Below are positions 45,334 through 53,927 of a stretch of 64,000 nucleotides of DNA, one piece after another. This stretch comes from a virus. The stretch lies in IMG/VR virus record IMGVR_UViG_3300025928_000005, positions 32,001 to 96,000 of that record. One strand, 5' to 3'. The notes under the pieces are model-generated. The model ran no database searches. It had not been told where the DNA came from and saw only the letters and a list, made by a program, of their open reading frames with translations. Numbering within the stretch: position 1 is the first letter of the stretch; each line of letters begins with the position of its first letter. A program made the position numbers and the translations under genes.

Positions 45334-47511
45334 ATGACCACGATTCCCCACAAGGTGTTCCTTCCCGCGGTGGGTGCCCTGCTGACCCTCTCACTGGGCA
45401 TCACCCTGATCCTGTCCGAACTACCGTCGTGGCTCACGGTTCTGATCACGATCGCCGCGACGGGCGTCACGGTTCTGATTTCGGAGCAGCTCGTGCTCAG
45501 CGCGTGGTGCCTCGCGGACCTGACCGTGGACGGCAAGGGGATCGCGGTTCGTCTGGTGGCGCTCGCGGTGGTGAGCGACGGCTCGCTCGCGGTGTTTCTC
45601 GAGGTAGCGGGCCTGAGCGCGCTGCCTCTCGCCCTGCTCGGTCAGCTCGCGCTGGCCGTCTCTCAGGTCCTCGTGGCCGTGGTCGCTGACGCGTACCTGT
45701 TCCGGATGCGGCCCCGGCTGAGGCGCGTGGCCTGGGAGAGGCAGCAGCACGCCGCGAGGCAGCGACAGCAGCAAGTTGAGGTGAGGAAGGGTCGGGAGAG
45801 GGCCGACGCGCTCGTGAGGGCCGACCCCGCGACGGTGACCACCACCGAGAGCCACGACGTTCGGATCATGCGAGAGGCCCTCAAGCGCGTCAAGCTCGAC
45901 TGGGTTGAGATCCGGGGTGAGCCCACGCGCCTGAGCGATGACCGCGGGCTCTTCGGCATTCGCTTTGAGGTTCAAATCACCTCAACGGCGATGCTGAACA
46001 AGAACCAGCGCACGCTTTCCGTGGACAGCGCGGAGCCGATCGCGGTGGCTCTCTCGGAGCTCCTGAACCAGCGGCTGCACCGGAAGTGGGTGGCCATTCA
46101 GCGCCTCGAGCACGCCGGCGGCTACACGATCACGGTGACCACGCAGGACGTCATGAAGCGGGTCTACCAGTTTCAGGACACGCTCGAGTGGGGGGACATC
46201 GAGGTTCCAGCTCGGGTGGGCTTTGGGTTGGATGCGCGGCCCATTTACCTAAAGCTTCGGCAGCACGGCCAGTTCCTGGGAAAGACCCGAGCCGGCAAGT
46301 CCTCGCTGATCAACTGCACGATCGCCTACGGCACCCGCTGCCGCAACGTCGTGTATTGGATCTGCGGCGTGAAGAAGCTGTACGACATCCTCGCCGGCTG
46401 GCTCGAGATCTACCTCGACACCGAGTTCGACATGCCCTTCGACTGGGTCATGGCGGGCCCGGCGGACACCGCGGAGATGCTGGCCGCCCTGGAGCGCGTG
46501 TCGCGGTACCGCCAGTCCCTACGCAACCACGAGCGGCAGAACCTGCCGGACATCATCCTCGTCCTGGATGAGGCCAGCTACGCCCTGCGCGACACCTCGG
46601 TGACGGGCGAGGTGGACGGCCTCGACCTGACCATGTCGGCCCTGTGCGGCATGATCACCCAGGGCGCGGGGTCGGCGAACTGCTGGCTGCACTACGCCAC
46701 GCAGCGCGACACCAACGACCAGCTCGGCAGCGTCGGCGGCGACATCCAGGCGCAGGTCGGGTTCACGGCCATGTTCGGCACGCAGGACAACCTCTCGCTC
46801 GGTCGGCAGCTCGGTGACTTCAAGCTGCCGCCGCCCACCCACAAGGGCGAGTACTACCTGAAGAACGACGACGCGGAGGAGACCTACCCGGTCCTGGTGA
46901 AGTCGGAGTACATCCAGGAGGATGACCCCAGCAAGCCCGTCCTGCACGACGGGCTCAAGCTCAGCGAGGTGTCTTGGTCGCGGCGGAACTTCAAGACCCG
47001 CCTCGACGAGGGGTCGCAGCGCGCCGCCGGCGAGGTGTACCTGCGGCGGCCGACCCGGGTCACGGAGCGGTTCATCGACTACCTGCGAAACCCGCGGGGC
47101 GTCTCGATGCCCCTCAGCGGCCTCAGCTACGGGGCCGGGACGGCCACCGAGGTCGACCCGGACGAGGCCGCGAGGGACCTCGCGAGGCACCAGGGGCTCG
47201 ACTTCGATGACCTGCCGCCGGCGCAGAGGGAGGCCTACCGGGAGGTCGCGCGGGAGCTCCACGAGGACGTTCCGGCGCCGTCGGACGAGCCCAGCGCGCC
47301 GGTCAGTGGCAACCTCACGGAGCAGGTCACGTGGGTCCTGCGCCGCGCCGGCCGCCCCCTGGCGATGCGGGACCTCCTCGACGCGATGCGGACCGCTGGG
47401 CTGGAGGTCCGCAGCGAGGGGTCGGTGCGCAACCTGCTCGGGAAGCTCGTGGAGGACGGGGTCCTCACCCGAGGCGCGGACCGCCTCTACGAGCTTCCCG
47501 ACGGTAACTGA
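45334..47511 (+). CDS. FtsK/SpoIIIE-family DNA translocase, TraB-like
   Basis: N-terminal TM helices, Walker A GKTRAGKS, Walker B IILVLDEAS, ATQR and a C-terminal winged helix. Confidence 0.8.
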   Translation: MTTIPHKVFLPAVGALLTLSLGITLILSELPSWLTVLITIAATGVTVLISEQLVLSAWCLADLTVDGKGIAVRLVALAVVSDGSLAVFLEVAGLSALPLALLGQLALAVSQVLVAVVADAYLFRMRPRLRRVAWERQQHAARQRQQQVEVRKGRERADALVRADPATVTTTESHDVRIMREALKRVKLDWVEIRGEPTRLSDDRGLFGIRFEVQITSTAMLNKNQRTLSVDSAEPIAVALSELLNQRLHRKWVAIQRLEHAGGYTITVTTQDVMKRVYQFQDTLEWGDIEVPARVGFGLDARPIYLKLRQHGQFLGKTRAGKSSLINCTIAYGTRCRNVVYWICGVKKLYDILAGWLEIYLDTEFDMPFDWVMAGPADTAEMLAALERVSRYRQSLRNHERQNLPDIILVLDEASYALRDTSVTGEVDGLDLTMSALCGMITQGAGSANCWLHYATQRDTNDQLGSVGGDIQAQVGFTAMFGTQDNLSLGRQLGDFKLPPPTHKGEYYLKNDDAEETYPVLVKSEYIQEDDPSKPVLHDGLKLSEVSWSRRNFKTRLDEGSQRAAGEVYLRRPTRVTERFIDYLRNPRGVSMPLSGLSYGAGTATEVDPDEAARDLARHQGLDFDDLPPAQREAYREVARELHEDVPAPSDEPSAPVSGNLTEQVTWVLRRAGRPLAMRDLLDAMRTAGLEVRSEGSVRNLLGKLVEDGVLTRGADRLYELPDGN

Positions 47512-47519
47512 GAGCACAC

Positions 47520-47613
47520 GGTGCATGTGTCATATGCACCCGACAGGTACCCCCTGACCGGGGCATGCAGGGGGCTCAGGGGGTGCGTGTCATATGTCAT
47601 ATGACACATGACA
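47520..47613. repeat. nested palindromes (TGTCATATG units) downstream of the traB-like gene
   Basis: GTGTCATATG-T-CATATGACAC at 47587-47607; GGTGCAT-N7-ATGCACC; ACCCCCTGA/TCAGGGGGT. Confidence 0.7.
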
Positions 47614-47654
47614 GCTACCGAGAGTAACATCACACCGAGCTAGGGAGACCAACC

Positions 47655-48413
47655 GTGTGCCTCGGGCGCACCCACGTTCTCGGCGGCGTCGCGGGCGGCT
47701 TCGCCGTCGCCGACGCCTACTCCGCCCTCGTGCGGCAGCTGCCGCTGACGGTGAGCCTCGCCTGCGCCGCCGTGGCTGGCGGGGCGGCCCTGCTCAACGA
47801 CCTCGACACGCCCTCATCCACCGCGTCCCACTCCCTGGGGCGGCTCAGCCAGGGGGCGGCGCGGGGTGTCCAGTGGCTGGCTCAGGTCGCGTTTGAGGCG
47901 ACCGCGACGCCGGCCGACGCGCGGTACGGGTCACCGGTCCACCGAAGCCTCACCCACACCGGGGTCGCGGCCGTCGCGGTGGGAGCCGGCACGTGGCAGC
48001 TCGCGCGGCTGGGCTGGGGCGTGACGCTGGCCGTGACCCTGCTGACGACGTTCCTCGCCCTTCGGGCGCTGACGAGTCAGCGGGGCGTGGGGTCGGTGGC
48101 CGCGACGCTTCTCGGCGGCGGCGCGATCACCCTCGCGGCGCCGACCCCGGTCATCGTGGGGCTCGCGGTCACCGCGGGGCTGCTGAGCCACGACGTTCTC
48201 GACGGCTGCACGACGATGGGGGTGCCGTTCTGGTGGCCCCTGCGGATCCGCGGGATGCGGTGGCGGCGGGTCGGCCTGCCGCGCTTCCTGCGCTTTCACA
48301 CCGGCGCGAGAGCGGAGGCGTGGTTCACGATACTGGTGAGCGCGGCTGGCGTCGCTCTGCTGCCGCCGGTTCTCGCGGTTACGGTGAGCTTGGCGCACGT
48401 CTACCTACGGTAA
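47655..48413 (+). CDS. membrane-bound metal-dependent hydrolase (YdjM-like)
   Basis: GRTH, LLNDLDTPSS, HRSLTHT and SHDVLDGCT.MGVPFWWP motifs. Confidence 0.8.
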   Translation: MCLGRTHVLGGVAGGFAVADAYSALVRQLPLTVSLACAAVAGGAALLNDLDTPSSTASHSLGRLSQGAARGVQWLAQVAFEATATPADARYGSPVHRSLTHTGVAAVAVGAGTWQLARLGWGVTLAVTLLTTFLALRALTSQRGVGSVAATLLGGGAITLAAPTPVIVGLAVTAGLLSHDVLDGCTTMGVPFWWPLRIRGMRWRRVGLPRFLRFHTGARAEAWFTILVSAAGVALLPPVLAVTVSLAHVYLR

Positions 48414-48472
48414 ACGAGCTGAGGTATGCTGCGAGCTGAGAGCTGAGCCCGCCGAGCGAGGAGCTGAGAGCC

Positions 48473-48667
48473 GTGCCTCACAAGCGAGCCAAGGAGATCA
48501 AGGTGGATGACATCGTGTGGGGATCCGCCGGCTGGTGGCGCGTGACCAAGATCTACCAGAACTTCGGTGGCCGACCCGGCGAGTACGCCTTCGACACCGA
48601 ACACCTCGAGACGAAGGCCGTGGGGTCGATGGTGGGACCAGCCATGATGCGACTGCTAGTCAAGTGA
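48473..48667 (+). CDS. hypothetical protein
   Basis: GAGGAG RBS. Confidence 0.55.
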   Translation: MPHKRAKEIKVDDIVWGSAGWWRVTKIYQNFGGRPGEYAFDTEHLETKAVGSMVGPAMMRLLVK

Positions 48668-48679
48668 CCGAGCCAGCTG

Positions 48680-48708
48680 TTTACATCTGAGGTCGAGGGT
48701 GATAGGGT
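48680..48708 (+). promoter_or_regulatory. promoter TTTACA-N17-TAGGGT
   Basis: Repeated motif. Confidence 0.7.
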
Positions 48709-48753
48709 AGTCTCAGCGGCCAAGGGAACCGGCCTCAGGAGGAAGAGCGGAAC

Positions 48754-49041
48754 GTGACCGAGGAACGGCTCGAGTTCAAGCGAATGACCGGCGGCTACGT
48801 CGCCGAGAACCACCACCGGCACTACTCGATCTACAGCGGGTGGGGCTACCGCCCGGACCTCAAGGCTGAGGGGTTCATCTGGACCCTCGAGGTTCGAGAG
48901 AAGACCGAGACGCTGGGCCGGCGAAACGTCGTCGGGCAGCCGGTGATCTATCGGGTTGAGCGGCACACCCGAGGCGAGCTTCTAGAGCTGGCGCAGCTCT
49001 TCGAGGTGTCCATCCTCGAGGCGCTGCGAAGCCGGACCTGA
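48754..49041 (+). CDS. hypothetical protein
   Basis: AGGAGG RBS after the promoter. Confidence 0.6.
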   Translation: MTEERLEFKRMTGGYVAENHHRHYSIYSGWGYRPDLKAEGFIWTLEVREKTETLGRRNVVGQPVIYRVERHTRGELLELAQLFEVSILEALRSRT

Positions 49042-49077
49042 CGGTTCACGAGGAACGACGAGAGAAAGAGGCAACGA

Positions 49078-49416
49078 ATGAGCTGGCTCGGAGACAAGGC
49101 GAGCGAGAAGCTGGACCGCGCGCAGCCGAAGTCGCTTCTGGGCAAGGCCGCGGTCGCCACGGCGAAGGGGGTCCGCGCCGTGGACCGGCGCACCGGCGGT
49201 GACCCGCACAACAAGACGGGTGGCGACCCGACGAAGTGCCACATGCGGGCGCGCCGCAAGGGCAAGGAGTGCAACGCCGATCTGAAGACCCGCCGGCAGA
49301 TGGAGCAGGGCCACTGCGGCCACCACATCTGCGCCAAGGAGCACATCGCCTACACGTCTCACCCCGACTACGACGACCGCTTCGACACCACGCACCGCCA
49401 CGTGAAGCGCTGGTGA
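49078..49416 (+). CDS. hypothetical Cys/His-containing protein
   Basis: ORF with RBS. Confidence 0.6.
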   Translation: MSWLGDKASEKLDRAQPKSLLGKAAVATAKGVRAVDRRTGGDPHNKTGGDPTKCHMRARRKGKECNADLKTRRQMEQGHCGHHICAKEHIAYTSHPDYDDRFDTTHRHVKRW

Positions 49417-49463
49417 CGCGAGCTGAGGCGCGGCTGGTGAGGGTGCCGGCCGCGCCTCAGCTG

Positions 49464-49492
49464 TTTACAAATCAGCTCGGGTGAGGTACGGT
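49464..49492 (+). promoter_or_regulatory. promoter TTTACA-N17-TACGGT
   Basis: Repeated motif plus CAGGAACGAGGAAC. Confidence 0.7.
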
Positions 49493-49521
49493 AGGCTCAG
49501 GAACGAGGAACGGAGGACCTG

Positions 49522-49746
49522 ATGGATCAGATCGAGACGATCGAGGTCATCACACCGCGCTGCAGCGAGTGCCATCGAGTGAGCCGCCTGCGGGTGCCGC
49601 GGCCGGGCTACGAGCTCTGGCGAGCAGGCGCCCACATCCAGGACGCGCTGTCAACCTTGACGGCGCAAGAGCGCGAAATGTTGATGACCGGCATCCACCC
49701 GGACTGCTGGGATCAGCTGATGGCTGCGATCGAGGGTGAGGCGTGA
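49522..49746 (+). CDS. conserved phage-type hypothetical protein
   Basis: CSEC...IQDAL..LTAQEREMLMTGIHPDCW. Confidence 0.65.
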   Translation: MDQIETIEVITPRCSECHRVSRLRVPRPGYELWRAGAHIQDALSTLTAQEREMLMTGIHPDCWDQLMAAIEGEA

Positions 49747-50108
49747 TGGGAACCAACTACTACGCGTGCACGGATGACACGCCGGGCATCGAGGACGGTC
49801 TGCACATCGGCAAGTCCTCAGGTGGCTGGGACTTTCTGTGGCGCGGCCACGAGCGCCTCAACCTGATCACCCGTGAGCTGTGGGAGGGCTACCTCAGGCA
49901 GCCGAGGGTCACCATCGTGGCGGAGCACGGCGTCACGTACACGCTCGACGAGTTCCTCAAGGTGATCGTGGACGAGAAGCCGTCGGTCGTCATCCGACAC
50001 GCCAACTACTGGCTGCGTCACAGCCGCGACTCGCTCGAGAACTCACTGAACGTCACGTGTTGGGTCGACGAGGCCGGCAACCCCTTCTGCGGCGTGGAGT
50101 TCTGCTGA
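49743..50108 (+). CDS. conserved phage-type hypothetical protein
   Basis: MGTNYY...LHIGKSSGGW. Confidence 0.65.
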   Translation: MMGTNYYACTDDTPGIEDGLHIGKSSGGWDFLWRGHERLNLITRELWEGYLRQPRVTIVAEHGVTYTLDEFLKVIVDEKPSVVIRHANYWLRHSRDSLENSLNVTCWVDEAGNPFCGVEFC

Positions 50109-50869
50109 TGTGGGGCGTGGCGTGGGTCGTGGTCCGCCGAGCGAACGGTCGGTTCGTTCGGCGGGTCCGGGCGAGGTCGAGCTACCACGCGAAGCAACTG
50201 AAGAAGACGCTCGAGGAGACCTACGACCACACCTACGGCGTGTCGATCGAGCGAGGTGAGCCGCGGTGACGCTGACCGACCGGGAGTTCTTCGAGCGGTT
50301 CGAGCCGTTCATCGACTCCCTGACCGCGGTGACCCGGACGGAGGTCACCGAGCTGATGAGGCGACTCGGGGATGACCCCAGGGACGCCGTGACGCGTCAG
50401 CTGCGGATCGAGCAGCTGCTCAACGCCGTCAGGGGAAACCTACGGAGGTGCCCGTGACCGACCTAGCCCTCAGCGTGCTGCAGATCGTGGGGGTGATCGC
50501 GGTCGCGTGGATTGCCCTGATCGCGTTCGTGGGAGTCGTGATCGTTCTCGTCTTGATGGCGTTGAACTGGCGCGACCGCCGCTTCTGGCGGCGAGAGCGG
50601 CGTCGCCGCATGGAGCTCCGCGCCGAGGCTCAGCGCCGCCGCGAGGCCAACCGGTGACCCACGAGAACCCCGAGCTCCGCCGCGGCCTGAACCGGGCCGC
50701 GGCGGAGTTTCTGCGCGAGATGGCCAACCTCGTGGAGGCCAACGACGCGTACAACTTGAGCTGGGAGCGCCGGACCGAGTTCCCGTGGCTGGTAACCGGG
50801 CAGCGAGCGAGCGATGAGCCGCTCAGCGAGACCTGGGTCATTCAGATCGACGTGCGACGAGAGACGTGA
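50108..50869 (+). other. four small coupled hypothetical genes (50108-50269, 50266-50457, 50454-50657 with TM helix, 50654-50869)
   Basis: TGATG/GTGA start-stop overlaps. Confidence 0.55.
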
Positions 50870-50879
50870 GGACCAACCT

Positions 50880-52019
50880 GTGCGGATTCTGATCCTGGGC
50901 GGTGACGGCTACCTCGGGTGGCCCACCGCCCTTCACCTGTCCGACGCCGGCCACGAGGTGGGGATCGTGGACGACCTCAGCCGCCGGCGCATCGACCGGG
51001 AGCTCGGCACCGAGAGTCTCGTGCCGATCCAGGGCATCAACGCTCGCCACGACGCGTGGTACGACGTGAGCGGCCACGAGCTGCGTTGGTTCAACGCCGC
51101 AGTTGACACCGGTGGGGAGCTCGTATACGAGCTGCAGGAGTTCCAGCCCGACGCGGTGATTCACCTCGCCGAGCAGCGCTCCGCGCCCTACTCCATGCTG
51201 GACAGCTGGCACGCGGCGTACACGCAGCGCCGGAACGTGATCGGCACCCTCAACTTGATCCACGCCGTGGCGGAGGTCAACCCGGACATCCACATCGTGA
51301 AGCTCGGCTCCCTCGGCGAGTACGGCACCCCGAACCTCGACATCGAGGAGGGGTGGCTCAACGTGGAGCACAACGGTCGCCGCGACCGCGTGCTGTACCC
51401 GAAGCGGCCCGGCTCGTGGTACCACCTGTCGAAGGTGCACGACTCCAACAACCTGGAGTTCGCGTGCCGAACGTGGGGGTTGCGGGTCACGGATCTGAAC
51501 CAGGGGATCGTCTACGGCACTCACACCGAGCAGACCCTGCGGGATCCCGCGCTCGAGACGCGGTACGACTACGACGAGTTCTTCGGCACGGCTCTGAACC
51601 GGTTCGCGGTGCAGGCCGCGCTCGGTGAGCCTCTCACCGTGTATGGGGACGGCACGCAGGTCCGCGGGTTCATCGACCTCCGCGACTCGGTGCGCTGCCT
51701 CGAGCTGGCGTGCCTGCACCCCGCCGGGCGGGGCGAGTTCCGGGTCTTCAACCAGCTCACCGAGACGTTCTCGATCCTGGAGATCGCGCAGCACGTCGCC
51801 GCGGTGACCGGGGCGACGGTGCGACACCTCCCGAACCCCCGCGTGGAGGAGCAGAGCCACCGCTACCGCGTGACGCGGACGGGGCTCAAGGAGCTCGGCC
51901 TCGAGCCTCACCTCCTGAACGCGCTGGTGATCAACGTGCTCGTGGAGCGAGCCAAGCGCCACCTCAGCCGGGTCAACCCGGACGTGATCCAACCGACCGT
52001 GAGCTGGCACCGGCAATAG
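50880..52019 (+). CDS. sqdB: UDP-sulfoquinovose synthase (SqdB/SQD1/Agl3 family)
   Basis: GGDGYLGWPTALHLS, EQRSAPYSM, KLGSLGEYGTPN, PGSWYHLSKVHDS, TDLNQGIVYG, DYDEFFGTALNRF and RVFNQ. Confidence 0.88.
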   Translation: MRILILGGDGYLGWPTALHLSDAGHEVGIVDDLSRRRIDRELGTESLVPIQGINARHDAWYDVSGHELRWFNAAVDTGGELVYELQEFQPDAVIHLAEQRSAPYSMLDSWHAAYTQRRNVIGTLNLIHAVAEVNPDIHIVKLGSLGEYGTPNLDIEEGWLNVEHNGRRDRVLYPKRPGSWYHLSKVHDSNNLEFACRTWGLRVTDLNQGIVYGTHTEQTLRDPALETRYDYDEFFGTALNRFAVQAALGEPLTVYGDGTQVRGFIDLRDSVRCLELACLHPAGRGEFRVFNQLTETFSILEIAQHVAAVTGATVRHLPNPRVEEQSHRYRVTRTGLKELGLEPHLLNALVINVLVERAKRHLSRVNPDVIQPTVSWHRQ

Positions 52020-52021
52020 GG

Positions 52022-52050
52022 TTTACATCCGACGGCTGACGTGATATTGT
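52022..52050 (+). promoter_or_regulatory. promoter TTTACA-N17-TATTGT
   Basis: Repeated motif. Confidence 0.7.
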
Positions 52051-52078
52051 TCTATCAGGAACAGCGGAAGGAGGAACC

Positions 52079-53434
52079 GTGAGCTACAGGGTAAACGACG
52101 TGGTGCCGCTCCCGCGGCGGCTCTCCCCGGACAAGCCGACCTGCGGCATCGTGCGCTACGTCAGCGTCGGCAGACGCGCACGCTTCGCCTACGTGGAGGT
52201 CGCCGGCCGGCAGGAGCTTCTCAGCTTCGAGGAGCTCGACGCCGCCGAGGACGCCCACCGGCGCGAGTTGGGCGTGTGATGATCGAGCTGACGCCACCGA
52301 ACGGGTGCCGGCACTGCGGCATCGAGCGGGACAGGCACATGAGCCTGTGGACCAAGGAGGCGGGGTGGCACACGTGGATGGAGCCGAGCGACCGGATGCG
52401 CAAGGAGCGGATGATCGCCCGTTGGGCGGTGCGGACGGGAACGCCGTGGCGACGCTGGGGTCGGACGAGCTGACGCTTCTCGAGCGAACGAACCGCGACG
52501 TGGCGATCGACGTCATCGAGCGGTTCATCCGGAACGAGACCGGCGTCTACGCGGACGCGCCGGGTGTCCTGCTGGCGGCGGTTCGCGAGCAGGCGACCGA
52601 GCTCACGCGACGGCTCGCGGCGGCGAACCTGCTGCGGCTGTCGTCAACCAGCGCGTCGCGATTGAGTGAGCTGTCTCTCAAGGATGCCCTGCGCCGTGCC
52701 GCCCTGGAGCAGTGCGCCAAGGGATGGGGCTTCGAGAGCTGGCGAGCCTACGCCGGCGAGGACCTCGAAAGCGGCGCCGCGAGCTCCCGGGTTGTGTTCG
52801 ACATCGTCACGACCGCGGTTCGCGGCCTGCTGCCCCTCGTGAAGGAGCAGCTCGGGATCCTCGAGACCGAGAACGATGACCTGCGCGGCGAGCTCGACGA
52901 CGCTCGGCGCGCGCTGAACCAGGTGTGACAGGCAGAAAACGAGAGGAGATCGACGATGCCGATCTTTGGGCGTGGGTCGCGGCAGACTGGGCCGCAGCCG
53001 ACGAGCATGAACCGCAGCGACAAGGGCGTGGACCCGGTCTACCGCAAGCCGACGGACCGTGAGGTCAGGGACTACGCGAAGCGGCTGCAGGCGAACGACC
53101 GGTCGCTGAGCTGGCCGAAGGCGCTGGATCTCGCGCGAGAGCACGTGATGGAGCACCTCGAGGCTCACCTCAAGAACGTTGACGGCAAGAAGTGGTGAAC
53201 CAAGGGGAGGAGACGCGGCAGCCACCGCTGCTGTGGTGGTCACCGAGCCTGGGGCTCGTGACCCTCGAGGATGGCGTCTGGTGGCGCTGCGAGAGCGGCC
53301 GCGTGTCCCTGCGCCACGACGGCCTGCCCAACGAGCTGCCCACCGACGCGGTGTTCCTCGCGCCGGTGAGCCGCGACCGGGGACGGCTCGTCGTCCTCGT
53401 CGACCACGTGGAGGTGAGCGGTGATCAAGCGTGA
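52079..53434 (+). other. five small hypothetical genes (52079-52279, 52276-52473, 52446-52928, 52956-53198, 53192-53434)
   Basis: Tightly packed ORFs with RBSs. Confidence 0.55.
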
Positions 53435-53636
53435 GCGCGAGCTCAACGAGATCGCGAGACGGCACGGGTTCGGTCCGCTTCAGCGAACCTCGGGTGGCCA
53501 CTACGTCACCCAGCACCTGGTCACCAGACGCAAGGTGTTCGTCAGCTTCAGCAACTCGGGCTCGGGCTCGAAGCTGCTGCAGCTGTTCGAGAGCGACCTG
53601 CGAAAGGCCAACGAGGGCCGGGCGAACCGACGGTGA
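53421..53636 (+). CDS. HicA-like mRNA interferase fold protein
   Basis: ELNEIARRHGF...RTSGGHY...H...SDLRK. Confidence 0.55.
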   Translation: MIKRERELNEIARRHGFGPLQRTSGGHYVTQHLVTRRKVFVSFSNSGSGSKLLQLFESDLRKANEGRANRR

Positions 53637-53848
53637 GAAAGCACTGCCACGACATGAACGAGCTCGCCGCGAGGTACGGGTTCGACGAGGCCCGCCCGAC
53701 GCGTGGCGGCCACCTCGTGTTCCAGCACCGCGTGAACGGCCGCAAGGTGTTTCACGCCAGCTCGCCGTCTGAGTCTCGATCCAACCGGAACTTCGAGAGC
53801 CAGCTTCGCCGCACCGCGCGGCTGCCGCCGGTCGGCGTCGACGCGTGA
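53633..53848 (+). CDS. HicA-like mRNA interferase fold protein (paralog)
   Basis: ELAARYGF...TRGGHLVFQH...SSPSESRSNRNFESQLRR. Confidence 0.65.
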   Translation: MRKHCHDMNELAARYGFDEARPTRGGHLVFQHRVNGRKVFHASSPSESRSNRNFESQLRRTARLPPVGVDA

Positions 53849-53864
53849 GGCGTGACCCATGGGG

Positions 53865-53893
53865 TTTACATTTTGCCGCGAGCAGGGTAGGCT
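53865..53893 (+). promoter_or_regulatory. promoter TTTACA-N17-TAGGCT
   Basis: Repeated motif plus CAGGAACGAGGAAC. Confidence 0.7.
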
Positions 53894-53927
53894 GACACCG
53901 GATCAGGAACGAGGAACGGAGAGCGAG

